A stretch of DNA of 64,000 nucleotides from Candidatus Omnitrophota bacterium (GCA_030674475.1 JAUSCZ010000029.1:66357-130356), one strand, 5' to 3'; shown: positions 8,519-18,882, numbered from the stretch's first letter. The notes: generated by a model not told the origin, from the letters alone. A program made the numbers and translations.

Positions 8519-9193
8519 ATGAAGAGAATGAATAGGCTTGTGTATGGGATTTGCGTTTTTATTATCGGTATCGGGCTTTCCGGATGCACCATAATTTTTC
8601 AAAAAGGCCGGCGTTCGGATGTGGAGAAAATTGACAAATTAAGCAGTCAATTGGATGAGTTGGCCTCAGCCCGGAACCTTCTGGCCGAACGGCTGAAGCA
8701 GGAGATTGCCGATAAGGATGTGCGTTTGGATATGGCTGAGAAAGGCCTGGTAATTACCTTTGTTGCCGATATCCTTTTTGATTCGGGTAAGGCTAAACTG
8801 CGTCCGGAGGCTATCCCTACCTTAGAGAAAGTGGCAGTAGTCTTGAAGGACAATTTGAATGATTTTAACATCGGGATAGAAGGCCATACCGATACCCAGC
8901 CGATAAAATATTCCGGATGGGAATCTAACTGGGAGCTTTCCTCTGCCCGGGCCTTAAGCGTCTTGCATTATCTGGAAGAAAAAAGCATTACCGGAAGAAG
9001 AATGTCGGCAGATGCTTATGGTGAGTTTCATCCGGTAGCTTCTAATGACAATAAAGAAGGAATGAAGATGAACCGGCGGGTTGAGATTGTGGTTCTTCCC
9101 AAGGTGGCTAAAGTAAGGAAACAAGAAGAGAATGCGTCAGCGGCAATCGAAGAAGAGCCGGTAACCAAAGGGCCCAAGTCATATTTCAAATAA
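8519..9193 (+). CDS. OmpA/MotB-family lipoprotein
   Basis: Lipobox GLSGC; LFDSGKA, IEGHTD, NWELSSARA and NRRVEIVV motifs. Confidence 0.88.
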   Translation: MKRMNRLVYGICVFIIGIGLSGCTIIFQKGRRSDVEKIDKLSSQLDELASARNLLAERLKQEIADKDVRLDMAEKGLVITFVADILFDSGKAKLRPEAIPTLEKVAVVLKDNLNDFNIGIEGHTDTQPIKYSGWESNWELSSARALSVLHYLEEKSITGRRMSADAYGEFHPVASNDNKEGMKMNRRVEIVVLPKVAKVRKQEENASAAIEEEPVTKGPKSYFK

Positions 9194-9241
9194 AAAAGAA
9201 GCTGTGAGTTTTAAGCTTCTAATTTCTTAAAAGGAGATTGA

Positions 9242-9616
9242 ATGGACGATAAAATAAAAGGTAGAGTAGCTATGATTCTTTCGGTTGTCGCGTTGATATT
9301 TTTTATTCTTTGGCTGGGGGCCTTAAATGAATTATCCCGTCAAAAGAGGCTGGCCGTAGATAAGGCGGCTCTTAGTATGGAGTTGGAAGAAAAAAATACC
9401 AAATTAGAAAAGGAAAAGGCTGACCTGTCCGGGGAGCTTAAAAGTACCCAGACCCAGCTTGCCGGGGAAAAAGCGGCTCACGAGATAACCAAAAAAACCT
9501 TATCCCAGGAGCAGGTTGCCGAGAATGCCTTAAAGGTTGAGTTAGAGCGGGTTACCCGCATCAACGAAAAGTTGGAAAACGATTCTAAAGAGGTCTTAGA
9601 TGTAAAGAAGGAATAG
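9242..9616 (+). CDS. Hypothetical membrane-anchored coiled-coil protein
   Basis: SD AAGGAG; N-terminal TM helix followed by E/K/L-rich heptads. Confidence 0.7.
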   Translation: MDDKIKGRVAMILSVVALIFFILWLGALNELSRQKRLAVDKAALSMELEEKNTKLEKEKADLSGELKSTQTQLAGEKAAHEITKKTLSQEQVAENALKVELERVTRINEKLENDSKEVLDVKKE

Positions 9617-9659
9617 GTTTTTCCGGCTTGTTTTTAGGAAATATTTAAGGAGAGGCAAG

Positions 9660-9693
9660 ATGGAGGATAAGAAGTAAGCTATCCTCCATTTTT
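9660..9693 (+). terminator. Possible intrinsic terminator
   Basis: ATGGAGGATA-10 nt loop-TATCCTCCAT followed by TTTT. Confidence 0.45.
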
Positions 9694-9714
9694 GTAAGAT
9701 TGGAGGCGAGAGAT

Positions 9715-10866
9715 ATGGCTAAGGCGGTTAAGAAGATAAAAAAAGTAAGCTCTCCCGGTAAGGCCGGGATTCCGATTCTTCACCGGGTCCCGACAAGCTC
9801 GGGATCCCGGCTTTCCGTCGGGAAAAAAGTCGAATCTTTATCCAGCAAGGTGCGCAAGGTTTTGAGTAAGGTCGTATTCAAAAAAAAGCCGGCTGCCAAA
9901 GCCAAAACAACGAGGTTGGCAGTCTTTAGAAAGGCCCTAACCGCCCAGGAGGCCAAATACTTTACCCCGCCCCTTCCGCCGGAGAAGTATTCTCTAAAGA
10001 AAGAAGGGGCGGGGTTTACCCATCCGGAGAACAGGATTGCTAAAACTGTTCAGGCTGTTGAGCCGGCCCGGGTGGACTTTGAGAAAAAAGAGCTTCCTCA
10101 AGGCTATGATAAGGACCTTATCGTTTTGCAGGTGCGCGACCCCTGGTGGCTGCATACTTATTGGGAGGTGCGCGAGGGCACTTGGGGAAAACTGAAGAAT
10201 GAATTAGTTAAATTATTTGAAACCGCCAAGAAAATCTTACGAGTTTATGATGTGAGCTGCATCAATTTTAACGGTTCAAACGCCCACCGCTCTTTTGACA
10301 TTGAGATACATCAGAATGCCAAGAGTTGGTATATTGATACCGCGGGCCCGGGCAGGTCATGGTGCGTTGATGTAGGGCTGAAGCTTTCGGACGGAAGATT
10401 TATAACCATAGCCCGTTCTAATATAGTAACTACTCCCCTTGATGTTCCTTCCTGGGTTACGGATGAGGAGTGGATGGTGCCGGATGAGTTATTCAGCCGG
10501 CTTTATGCCTCAAGCGTCGGTTTAGGGGGCTCACCGGTTAAGCTAAAACAGCCCTGGTTAGAACTGCAAAAAAGAGCTCAAGGCTCAGGGGGTGTTTCTT
10601 CGGGGTTTTTTAGTCCGGTTAAGAAAGAGGAATACAAACGCGAATTCTGGTTAGTGGTGAATACTGAGTTGATTGTCTATGGGGCAACTGAGCCGGATGC
10701 CAAGGTTACAGTTTCGGGAAAGGAAATCGCCCTGCGGCCGGACGGAACCTTCTCTTTGCGTTTCAGCCTGCCTGACGGAAAACAGATTATCCCGGTTAAG
10801 GCCGTATCAGCAGACAGCCTTGATGAAAGAGTGATCACGCCTGTAGTAACCAAGGAAACCAGGTAG
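9715..10866 (+). CDS. DUF4912 domain protein
   Basis: LVLQVRDPWWLHTYWE-like motif, ARSN and FWLVVNTELIVYGATEPDA; adjacent to GH57; SD GGAGG before ATG 9715. Confidence 0.85.
   Translation: MAKAVKKIKKVSSPGKAGIPILHRVPTSSGSRLSVGKKVESLSSKVRKVLSKVVFKKKPAAKAKTTRLAVFRKALTAQEAKYFTPPLPPEKYSLKKEGAGFTHPENRIAKTVQAVEPARVDFEKKELPQGYDKDLIVLQVRDPWWLHTYWEVREGTWGKLKNELVKLFETAKKILRVYDVSCINFNGSNAHRSFDIEIHQNAKSWYIDTAGPGRSWCVDVGLKLSDGRFITIARSNIVTTPLDVPSWVTDEEWMVPDELFSRLYASSVGLGGSPVKLKQPWLELQKRAQGSGGVSSGFFSPVKKEEYKREFWLVVNTELIVYGATEPDAKVTVSGKEIALRPDGTFSLRFSLPDGKQIIPVKAVSADSLDERVITPVVTKETR
9753..9823. repeat. Array of four TCCCGR-loop-YCGGGA mini-hairpins inside a CDS
   Basis: TCCCGG-TAAGG-CCGGGA, TTCCGA-..-CCGGG, TCCCGA-CAAGC-TCGGGA, TCCCGG-..-TCGGGA; same unit at 56964-56999. 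Confidence 0.7.
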
Positions 10867-10957
10867 GGGCAGGCCTATGCGCCTGCCCTGCGAAAGGCCA
10901 ATTATATGAAAACAGAACCATGTTTAAAAACGGGCAACCACATGGGGTTGCCCCTAC
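10863..10957. repeat. GTAG-type REP doublet (REPIN-like)
   Basis: GTAGGGGCAGGC..GCCTGCCC ... GGGCAACC..GGTTGCCCCTAC. Confidence 0.8.
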
Positions 10958-10958
10958 T

Positions 10959-12539
10959 ATGAATAAAGGATATCTTTGTCTGGTTTTACATACGCACCTG
11001 CCTTATGTGCGCCATCCGGAGTTTAATGATTTTCTGGAAGAAGATTGGTTGTATGAAGCCATCACCGAAACCTATATTCCTTTGATTGAGGTTTTTGAGG
11101 GGCTGGTTAAAGACGGAGTGGATTTCCGGGTGACGATGTCGCTTACCCCGACGCTCATTTCTATGCTCAGCGACAGCCTGCTTCAGGAACGTTATGTAAG
11201 GCACATAGGAAAGTTGATTGAGCTTTCCGGGCACGAGATTGAGCGTACCCGTTTTGAACCGGAGTTTAACGCTTTAAGCCGGATGTATTTTAAACGTTTT
11301 AAATCCTGCCGGGATATCTTTAATCAGTATCACCGTAATCTCGTCTCGGCCTTTAAAAGATTTCAGGATTTAGGAAAACTGGAAATTATCACCTGTGGGG
11401 CGACCCACGGTTATTTCCCCCTGATGGATGTGGCTAAATCTTCCATAAGGGCCCAGCTGAGGGCGGCGGTATCCCAATATGAAAAGGTGTTTGGCCGCCC
11501 GCCGCGCGGTATCTGGCTTCCTGAATGCGGTTATAATCCCGGGGACGACCAATTCCTGAAAGACGCGGGCTTAAAATACTTTTTTACCGATGCCCACGGC
11601 CTTCTGCATGGTTCACCCCGGCCTAAATACGGGGTATTCGCGCCGGTGTACTGCCGGTCTTCTCAAGTAGCTTGTTTTGGCCGCGACCTGGAGTCTTCAA
11701 AGCAGGTCTGGTCTTCAATTGAGGGTTATCCCGGAGATTATCATTACCGGGAGTTTTACCGGGATATAGGTTTTGATTTAGACTATGAGTATATTAAGCC
11801 CTATATTTCCTCAGACGGGACAAGGATAAATACCGGGATAAAATACTACCGGATTACCGGAACTACCGGCCAAAAACAGCCTTACCTGCCGGAGTTAGCC
11901 AGGCAGAAAGCGGCGGAGCATGCCGGAAACTTTTTGTTTAACCGCCAACGCCAGGCAGAGTATCTTTATGAGATCTTAGAGAAGAAACCGATTATAGTTT
12001 CTCCTTACGATACCGAACTCTACGGCCATTGGTGGTTTGAGGGGCCGATGTGGCTGGATTTTCTCATTCGTAAAATCTATTTTGACCAAAATATCATCCA
12101 AATGACCAACGCGGTGGAATATCTCGAGGAGAATCCGCGCAATCAGGTGATTACTCCCTCAATGTCCAGTTGGGGATATAAAGGATACTCCGAGGTCTGG
12201 CTGCAGGGGACTAATGATTGGGCCTATCGCCACTTGCATGAGGCGAGCTGGAGGATGGATGAATTGGTAAAAAGATTTCCCGAAGCAAGCGGTTTAACCC
12301 GGCGGGCTTTAAATCAGGCCTTAAGGGAATTGTTCCTGGCGCAGTCATCGGATTGGGCCTTTATTATGGCTACCGGCACCCATGTCAGCTACGCCTTAAA
12401 GCGCACCCAGGAGCACATTCAGAGGTTTAATAAACTTTATGAAGAGATTAAAGCCAATTCCGTGGAGGAGCCCTGGCTCAAGGATATCGAATATAAAGAC
12501 AACATCTTCGCGGATTTAGACTATAGGATACACCAGTAA
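10959..12539 (+). CDS. GH57 1,4-alpha-glucan branching enzyme (DUF1957)
   Basis: HTHLPYVRH, EAITETYIP, GIWLPECGY, DTELYGHWWFEG and AQSSDWAF motifs; the ORF extension to 10920 is REP-derived. Confidence 0.93.
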   Translation: MNKGYLCLVLHTHLPYVRHPEFNDFLEEDWLYEAITETYIPLIEVFEGLVKDGVDFRVTMSLTPTLISMLSDSLLQERYVRHIGKLIELSGHEIERTRFEPEFNALSRMYFKRFKSCRDIFNQYHRNLVSAFKRFQDLGKLEIITCGATHGYFPLMDVAKSSIRAQLRAAVSQYEKVFGRPPRGIWLPECGYNPGDDQFLKDAGLKYFFTDAHGLLHGSPRPKYGVFAPVYCRSSQVACFGRDLESSKQVWSSIEGYPGDYHYREFYRDIGFDLDYEYIKPYISSDGTRINTGIKYYRITGTTGQKQPYLPELARQKAAEHAGNFLFNRQRQAEYLYEILEKKPIIVSPYDTELYGHWWFEGPMWLDFLIRKIYFDQNIIQMTNAVEYLEENPRNQVITPSMSSWGYKGYSEVWLQGTNDWAYRHLHEASWRMDELVKRFPEASGLTRRALNQALRELFLAQSSDWAFIMATGTHVSYALKRTQEHIQRFNKLYEEIKANSVEEPWLKDIEYKDNIFADLDYRIHQ

Positions 12540-12645
12540 ATTTTCGCTATGCGAAAATTTACAGAGCAATTGAGCAATAGACAATAGAACAATAGACAAA
12601 CAAAAGCTCAATTGCGGTCTAATGCTCTATTGTTCTATTGTTCAA
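12536..12645. repeat. Hairpin plus 85-bp GAGCAAT/ACAATAG-unit element (copy at 40374-40458)
   Basis: GTAAATTTTCGC-TAT-GCGAAAATTTAC, then a core that is 82/85 identical to the second copy by manual alignment. Confidence 0.9.
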
Positions 12646-12676
12646 AACGACAGTTTTGTCGCGAAAAACTAATTTA

Positions 12677-13387
12677 ATGCTTGATACATCCAACCTTCCT
12701 AAGCATATTGCCATAATTATGGATGGTAACGGCCGCTGGGCTAAAAGTAAAGGCTTTTCCCGCGCCCAGGGGCACCGCGAAGGGATAAAGCGGGTGGAAG
12801 AGATTTTAAGCCAGGCTTCGGATTTAGGAATTAAGTTTGTTACTTTTTATGCTTTCTCCTCCGAGAATTGGAAGAGGCCTAAGGTTGAAGTAGGTATCCT
12901 GATGCATTTACTGGATATTTTCTTGGGCCGCTATGTTCGGATGATGATGAAAAACAATATCCGGTTTCTGACCATAGGCCGTAAAGAGCCTATTCCGGAG
13001 CGCCTTTGGAAGAAATTGCTCGCGGCCAAAGAGAAGACCAAAAACAACCGCGGACTGACGGCAGTCTTTGCCTTTAATTACGGCTCACGACAGGAGATAG
13101 TTGACGCGGTTAAGAAAATAGCTGACGATGTCCTGGAGAAAAGACTCAGGCCGGAAGATGTAAGCGAAGAGCGAATAGGGGATTTTCTGGATACTAAAGG
13201 AATTCCCGACCCTGACTTGCTTATCCGCACCAGCGGAGAACAACGTATCAGCAATTTTCTCCTCTGGCAGTTATCCTATGCTGAGCTATTCTTTACGAAA
13301 ACCTACTGGCCTGATTTTAAGAAGGAAAACTTAGAAGAGGCCATCAGCGAATATCAAGCCAGGGTAAGACGATTTGGGGCAATTTAA
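12677..13387 (+). CDS. uppS: Undecaprenyl diphosphate synthase
   Basis: HIAIIMDGNGRWA, FSSENWKRP and DLLIRTSGEQRISNFLLWQ motifs. Confidence 0.96.
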   Translation: MLDTSNLPKHIAIIMDGNGRWAKSKGFSRAQGHREGIKRVEEILSQASDLGIKFVTFYAFSSENWKRPKVEVGILMHLLDIFLGRYVRMMMKNNIRFLTIGRKEPIPERLWKKLLAAKEKTKNNRGLTAVFAFNYGSRQEIVDAVKKIADDVLEKRLRPEDVSEERIGDFLDTKGIPDPDLLIRTSGEQRISNFLLWQLSYAELFFTKTYWPDFKKENLEEAISEYQARVRRFGAI

Positions 13388-13413
13388 TCAGTAATCGAGC
13401 GAATCGAGGGTAA

Positions 13414-14214
13414 ATGTTTAAACAAAGGCTCACTAGCACTATAATCTGGGCAGGGGTTATTTTTCTGACAATTAAATATCAGCCTGTCTTTGCCGTGTGT
13501 TTCCTGGCTCTAGTGATCGGGGGGTTGTATGAGTTCTTCGGCCTGATTGAAAAAAAAGGGATACCTATCTATAAATATTTTGGGATGATTCTGGGGGTGG
13601 CCATTCCTTTATCCGTTCTTTTCAGGTTTGAGCTGACCAAGGGTTGGGAGCTTTTATTTATTGTGTTAGCCTTATTTACCCTTTTTATCCTGCAGTTGAA
13701 AAGGCAGGATAGCTCTCAGGCAGTGGTCGGTATATCTACCACTTTATTCGGCATCATCTATGTCTCCTGGTTTTTTAGTTTTTTGGTTAAGGTGCGTTAT
13801 CTGCCCGGAGGCGAAGGGTATCTGGCGGCGCTCATTTTAATTACTAAGTCTTCGGATATCGGGGCCTATTTGGTAGGCAGCCGCGTAGGCAGGCACAAAT
13901 TGCTTCCCCGGATAAGCCCCAAAAAAACCGTGGAGGGCTTAATTGGCGGATTGCTCTTTGGTATTCTCACCGCGATGCTCTGCCGGCCGTTTCTGGGTTT
14001 TTCCTATTTGCATCTGGCGGTTCTGGGCTTGGCTATCGCCTTGATAGCGGAATTAGGAGACCTTTCTGAGTCCTTGATTAAACGGGATTGTCAGGTCAAG
14101 GATTCGGGGCTTCTGTTTCCCGGACTGGGCGGGATTTTGGACCTGATTGACAGCTTATTATTCACCGCCCCGGCTTTTTATTTTTATATGAGTAATGTTT
14201 TTAATAAAGGCTGA
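13414..14214 (+). CDS. cdsA: Phosphatidate cytidylyltransferase
   Basis: SDIGAY, ISPKKTVEG and GDLSESLIKRDCQVKDSG motifs. Confidence 0.95.
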   Translation: MFKQRLTSTIIWAGVIFLTIKYQPVFAVCFLALVIGGLYEFFGLIEKKGIPIYKYFGMILGVAIPLSVLFRFELTKGWELLFIVLALFTLFILQLKRQDSSQAVVGISTTLFGIIYVSWFFSFLVKVRYLPGGEGYLAALILITKSSDIGAYLVGSRVGRHKLLPRISPKKTVEGLIGGLLFGILTAMLCRPFLGFSYLHLAVLGLAIALIAELGDLSESLIKRDCQVKDSGLLFPGLGGILDLIDSLLFTAPAFYFYMSNVFNKG

Positions 14215-14222
14215 TCTTAGAG

Positions 14223-15386
14223 ATGAAACGGGTCGCGATTTTAGGCTCAAGCGGTTCAATCGGGGTTACTACTTTAAAAGTAATCAAGCAGTATCCCGGT
14301 GAGTTTAAATTAGAGGCTTTAGCGGTAAACAAAAATATTGAGTCTCTTAAAAGACAGGCAGCTGAATTTAAGCCGGGTAAGATAGCTGTTGGAGATGAAG
14401 AGGCCGGCAAGAAGATAAATAAAATCGGCGCGCGCGATATCCATTACGGCATTGAAGGTTTGAACCGGATAGCCTCGGATAAGGATGTGGATATCGTAGT
14501 GATTGGATTGAGCGGCTCGGTTGCCCTGCATCCGCTTTTATCGGCAATCAGGGCGGGTAAGCATATTGCCCTGGCCAATAAAGAGGCCCTGGTAATGGCC
14601 GGCTCAATTATAATGGGTGAGCTTAAAAAGTCAAAAGCCAGGCTTATCCCGGTAGACAGCGAGCAATCCGCCATATTTCAGTGTTTAGAGGGCAAAGAGC
14701 AAGATGAGCTGAAAAGGCTTTATTTAACTGCCTCCGGGGGGGCGCTTTATGATGTGGCGCTGAAAGATTTTAAATATCTAAAAAAGAAAGATATTTTAAA
14801 TCACCCCCGCTGGAAGATGGGCCGGAAAATAACCGTGGATTCGGCCACGCTGATGAATAAGGGCTTAGAGGTGATTGAGGCCAGATGGCTCTTTGACGTT
14901 GAGGTTAGAAATATTGAGGTGCTTATCCACCGTCAGGCAATAATTCATTCCATGGTGGAGTTCGTTGACGGAAGCGTGCTGGCCCAATTAGGGGTAACCG
15001 ATATGAGCCTTCCGATACAATACGCCCTTACGTATCCCAGGCGGCTGTCCAATCCGAAAAACCACCTGGATTTTTTTAGTATTGAAAGTTTAACCTTTGA
15101 TAAAGTTGATAACAAAAAATTTCCCTGCCTTGATTTCGCCTACCAGGCGGCCTATGACGCCGGGACGGCTCCGGCAGTAATGAACGCGGTAAATGAAGAG
15201 GCGGTTTCGGCCTTTCTGGATCAGAGAATAGGTTTTACGCTTATTCCCAAGATCATTGAAAAGATATTGTCTAAACATAAGACGCTCAAGAATCCCAACC
15301 TGAAAGCGATACTGGAAGCGGATACCTGGGCCAGGCAGGAGACCAGAGATTTAATTACAAGATTAGCCTCAAACCGGCAACCGTAA
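14223..15386 (+). CDS. dxr: 1-deoxy-D-xylulose 5-phosphate reductoisomerase
   Basis: LGSSGSIG, LANKE, PVDSE and HPRWKMGRKITVDSATLMNKGLE motifs. Confidence 0.96.
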   Translation: MKRVAILGSSGSIGVTTLKVIKQYPGEFKLEALAVNKNIESLKRQAAEFKPGKIAVGDEEAGKKINKIGARDIHYGIEGLNRIASDKDVDIVVIGLSGSVALHPLLSAIRAGKHIALANKEALVMAGSIIMGELKKSKARLIPVDSEQSAIFQCLEGKEQDELKRLYLTASGGALYDVALKDFKYLKKKDILNHPRWKMGRKITVDSATLMNKGLEVIEARWLFDVEVRNIEVLIHRQAIIHSMVEFVDGSVLAQLGVTDMSLPIQYALTYPRRLSNPKNHLDFFSIESLTFDKVDNKKFPCLDFAYQAAYDAGTAPAVMNAVNEEAVSAFLDQRIGFTLIPKIIEKILSKHKTLKNPNLKAILEADTWARQETRDLITRLASNRQP

Positions 15387-15400
15387 ATATTTTTGCTGTA

Positions 15401-15459
15401 TTCTGTTATCTGTAATCTGTAATCTACCCGAGCAAAGCGAGGGTGGATAGCGAGGGTGA
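15401..15459. repeat. TCTGTAA heptamer run plus CCCGAGCAAAGCGAGGG start-proximal motif
   Basis: TCTGTTA-TCTGTAA-TCTGTAA then CCCGAGCAAAGCGAGGG..AGCGAGGGTGA-ATG. Confidence 0.7.
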
Positions 15460-16548
15460 ATGTTTTCCTTATTGATATTCTTAATTATCTTAAGCATAAT
15501 GATTTTGGTGCATGAATACGGCCATTTTGCCCAGGCGCGCCGGCTGGGCATCCGGGTGGAGAAATTTTCGCTGGGGTTCGGGCCGAAGTTGTTAAACTAT
15601 AAAAGAGGAGATACTGAATATACTTTGTGTCTTTTTGCCTTTGGCGGATACGTGAAGCTGGCCGGAGATAACCGGGAGGAGTGTAAAGGCGAACCCCATG
15701 AGTTTTTAGGCCGCAAGCCTCTGGACCGGGCTAAGGTCATTGCCGCCGGGCCGGCCTTAAATTATCTCTTGGCCTTTATTTGTCTGTGGCTGGTTAACTT
15801 AGTAGGTTATCCTAATCTTACCACCAGGGTGGGTGAAGTAATGGCCGGTTATCCGGCGGAGTCCGCCGGAATCCTGAAAGATGATTTGATTATTTCCATA
15901 GAGGGAAAGAGTGTCCAATACTGGAACCAGCTTCAGGAGATTATTTATAAGAATAAATCATCGTCGGTGAAATTAGAGTTACTGAGAAATAACGAGAAGG
16001 TAGAATTAACCGCGAAGCTTACCCAGGAGACAGTTAAAAATATGTTAGGAAATAAGCAGAGAATAAGCCTCCTGGGAATAAGGCCAAAAGGTGAAACCGT
16101 AATTGTGAAGCATAATGTATTCATGGGTTTTGTTTTGGCCGGAGAAAACCTCTGGAATTTGACTACCCTTACCTTATCGGCTTTTGGCAAGATGCTTACC
16201 GGAGGGCTTTCTTTTAAAGATAATGTTACCGGCCCCTTGGGGATGTTTTACGTGACTAATGAGGCAGTTAAAATCGGCTTTAACGCGGTCCTGCATTTAA
16301 TGGCGGTTTTAAGCGCCTCGCTCTGTATCTTTAACCTTTTGCCTTTTCCGATTTTAGACGGCGGGCATTTGTTTTTCTTAGGTTTAGAGAAATTGCGCGG
16401 CCGGCACTTAAGCCCGAAGGTAGAAGAAAAAATAGGTCAGGTTGGATTTGGATTTATTATCAGCTTGGCGGTGTTTGTCTTTTTGAATGATTTGGTAAAA
16501 TTCGGGCTTTGGCAAAAGGCCGTGGATGTAGTGAATAAATTTAGATGA
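15460..16548 (+). CDS. rseP: RIP metalloprotease RseP
   Basis: HEYGH, AAGPALN, PDZ region and NLLPFPILDGG. Confidence 0.95.
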   Translation: MFSLLIFLIILSIMILVHEYGHFAQARRLGIRVEKFSLGFGPKLLNYKRGDTEYTLCLFAFGGYVKLAGDNREECKGEPHEFLGRKPLDRAKVIAAGPALNYLLAFICLWLVNLVGYPNLTTRVGEVMAGYPAESAGILKDDLIISIEGKSVQYWNQLQEIIYKNKSSSVKLELLRNNEKVELTAKLTQETVKNMLGNKQRISLLGIRPKGETVIVKHNVFMGFVLAGENLWNLTTLTLSAFGKMLTGGLSFKDNVTGPLGMFYVTNEAVKIGFNAVLHLMAVLSASLCIFNLLPFPILDGGHLFFLGLEKLRGRHLSPKVEEKIGQVGFGFIISLAVFVFLNDLVKFGLWQKAVDVVNKFR

Positions 16549-17627
16549 TTATAAAACGCAGAAAAGCCAAGGAAGTAAAAATAGGGAAGGTTAAAATCGG
16601 AGGTAATAATCCGGTTGCCATCCAGTCAATGACCAAGGTGCCGACCAAGGATTACCGTAAGGTAATTGCCCAAATCAAGGTTCTGCAGACGGCTGGTTGT
16701 GATATCGTGCGCGTGGCAGTTCGGGATGAAGAAGATGCCCGGGCTATTTCCCGGATTAAAAGCGCTATAGCTATTCCTTTAGTCGCGGATATTCATTTTA
16801 ACTGGAAGCTGGCAGTGAGCGCCATTTCGGCCGGCGCGGATAAGATTCGGCTTAATCCGGGAAATATCTTTAAGCGGGAAGAACTTAAAGAAGTAATTGC
16901 CGCGGCCAAGGATTGCTCTTTGCCTATCCGGGTGGGTTTAAACTCCGGCTCTATCCCTAAGATATTCAGATATAATAAAAAATTGCCCGCGCCGGTAAAA
17001 TTAGTCAAGGCCGCTCTGGATTACCTCAAGATTTTAGAGGATTTAAAATTCACCAATATCGTGATTTCTTTGAAATGTTCTAACGTTCTGGATACCATAG
17101 AGGCCTATCAGCTGATGGCTAAAAAATGCGATTACCCTCTGCATTTAGGGCTTACCGCCACTGGTTTTCCCGAAGCCGGTAAGATAAAATCAGCAATTAC
17201 TTTGGGGGTTTTGCTGGCTCAAGGCATCGGAGATACCTTGAGGGTTTCTTTAACGGGTGATCCGGTTGAGGAAATAAAGACGGCCCGTTATATTTTAGCC
17301 AGCTTAGGGTTGGGGAGTTTCGGCCCGGAGATCATCAGTTGTCCTGCCTGCGGAAGGACCGAGGTGAACATAGAGAAAATCGTGGCTGAACTGCAGGGTA
17401 AATTATCCGCCCAAAAGATGAATTTCTCCGCTAAGCCTTTTAAGATAGCGGTGATGGGCTGCGTGGTCAACGGCCCGGGTGAGGCTGAGGAGGCGGACTT
17501 AGCGGTTGCCTTTGGGAAGACCGAGGGCCTTCTCTATAAAGATTCTAAACCCTTTAGAAAAATTTCCGGGCGAGACGCGGTGAGTGAAATTATCCGGGAG
17601 TATAAAAAACTATGTCCAAAGAGCTGA
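16545..17627 (+). CDS. ispG: HMBPP synthase IspG
   Basis: IQSMT, PLVADIHF, RLNPGNI, SCPACGR and AVMGCVVNGPGE motifs. Confidence 0.96.
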   Translation: MIIKRRKAKEVKIGKVKIGGNNPVAIQSMTKVPTKDYRKVIAQIKVLQTAGCDIVRVAVRDEEDARAISRIKSAIAIPLVADIHFNWKLAVSAISAGADKIRLNPGNIFKREELKEVIAAAKDCSLPIRVGLNSGSIPKIFRYNKKLPAPVKLVKAALDYLKILEDLKFTNIVISLKCSNVLDTIEAYQLMAKKCDYPLHLGLTATGFPEAGKIKSAITLGVLLAQGIGDTLRVSLTGDPVEEIKTARYILASLGLGSFGPEIISCPACGRTEVNIEKIVAELQGKLSAQKMNFSAKPFKIAVMGCVVNGPGEAEEADLAVAFGKTEGLLYKDSKPFRKISGRDAVSEIIREYKKLCPKS

Positions 17628-18871
17628 AAGATAAGGTCAGGCACCGTCTTAAGGAACACAGCCATATCTTCACCAATGAGAAGATAAATGAGCAGGAACT
17701 GCGTTTTACCGTTGCCAGAATTGTTGAAGAGCTCAGGATCAGGGAGCGCCTGCAGTTGGACGAAAACGGCAGTAAAAAAATAATTGACGAGCTGATTGAT
17801 GAATTTATGGGTTTTGGGCCGCTCAAAGCCCTCTTGGAGGATAAGGCGGTTACCGAGATAATGGTTAACGGCCCCAAGAAAGTTTATGTGGAAAAAGAGG
17901 GCAAGATGCTTCTTTCGGATATAACTTTTGAGAATAACCAGCACCTTCTTTATATCATCCAGAAGATCCTGATGCCCACCCGCCGCCATGTGGATGAGCT
18001 GAGCCCTTTTACCGATGTGTCTTTGCCGGACGGCTCCCGGGTGAACATAATCATTCCGCCGGTTTCTTTGGCCGGGCCGGTAATCACTATTCGTAAATTC
18101 ATTAAGGAGTTCGGCAGTATTGAAGACCTGGTTACCTTAGATACCTTAAGCCGGGATATGGCGGATTTTTTGATAGCGGCCATTCGGGCTAAGTTGAATA
18201 TTATATTTTCCGGGGCCACCGGTTCCGGCAAAACCACGACTTTAAATATATTATCTACCTATATTTCAACGCGGGAGCGGATAGTTACTATTGAAGATAC
18301 CGCGGAGTTAAGATTAAACCAGGAGCATGTGGTAAGCCTGGAGGCCCGTCCGGGAAATATCGAAGGCAAGGGCGATATTACCATCAGAGACCTTTTCCGG
18401 AATACCTTGAGGATGCGCCCGGGCAGGATTATCCTGGGTGAGGTGCGCGGTGGCGAGGCCTTGGATATGCTTCAGGCAATGTGCTCCGGACATGACGGGT
18501 CTCTGGCGGTCTTGCATGCCAGCTCTCCCTTAGACGTGGTATCCCGGATTGAGACGATGATTCTGACCTCAGGGATAAATATCCCGGTCTGGGCGATAAA
18601 GAAGCAGATTGCCTCCAGCCTTAATTTAATCATCCAGCAAGAACAATTAGCCGACGGTTCGCGTAAAATTACCCATATTACCGAGGCGAGAGGATTAGAT
18701 AAGGATGAGTTGGTTTTACAGGATCTATTTTCCTACGAAATAGAAGGCGTGGAAGATAGTAAAGTTAAAGGCACTTGGAAAAAACATGGGGTCGTGCCTT
18801 TATTTTTCAGCCGTTTCAAGAAAAAAGGCGTAGAATTAAGTGAAGAGATATTTAAAAGTAACAGTGCTTGA
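17612..18871 (+). CDS. cpaF: CpaF/TadA-family pilus assembly ATPase, copy 1
   Basis: EIMVNGP, LPDGSRVN, GATGSGKTT, TIEDTAEL, RMRPGRIILGEVRG and GHDGS..LHA. Confidence 0.9.
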   Translation: MSKELKDKVRHRLKEHSHIFTNEKINEQELRFTVARIVEELRIRERLQLDENGSKKIIDELIDEFMGFGPLKALLEDKAVTEIMVNGPKKVYVEKEGKMLLSDITFENNQHLLYIIQKILMPTRRHVDELSPFTDVSLPDGSRVNIIIPPVSLAGPVITIRKFIKEFGSIEDLVTLDTLSRDMADFLIAAIRAKLNIIFSGATGSGKTTTLNILSTYISTRERIVTIEDTAELRLNQEHVVSLEARPGNIEGKGDITIRDLFRNTLRMRPGRIILGEVRGGEALDMLQAMCSGHDGSLAVLHASSPLDVVSRIETMILTSGINIPVWAIKKQIASSLNLIIQQEQLADGSRKITHITEARGLDKDELVLQDLFSYEIEGVEDSKVKGTWKKHGVVPLFFSRFKKKGVELSEEIFKSNSA

Positions 18872-18882
18872 GTATAAAAAAA

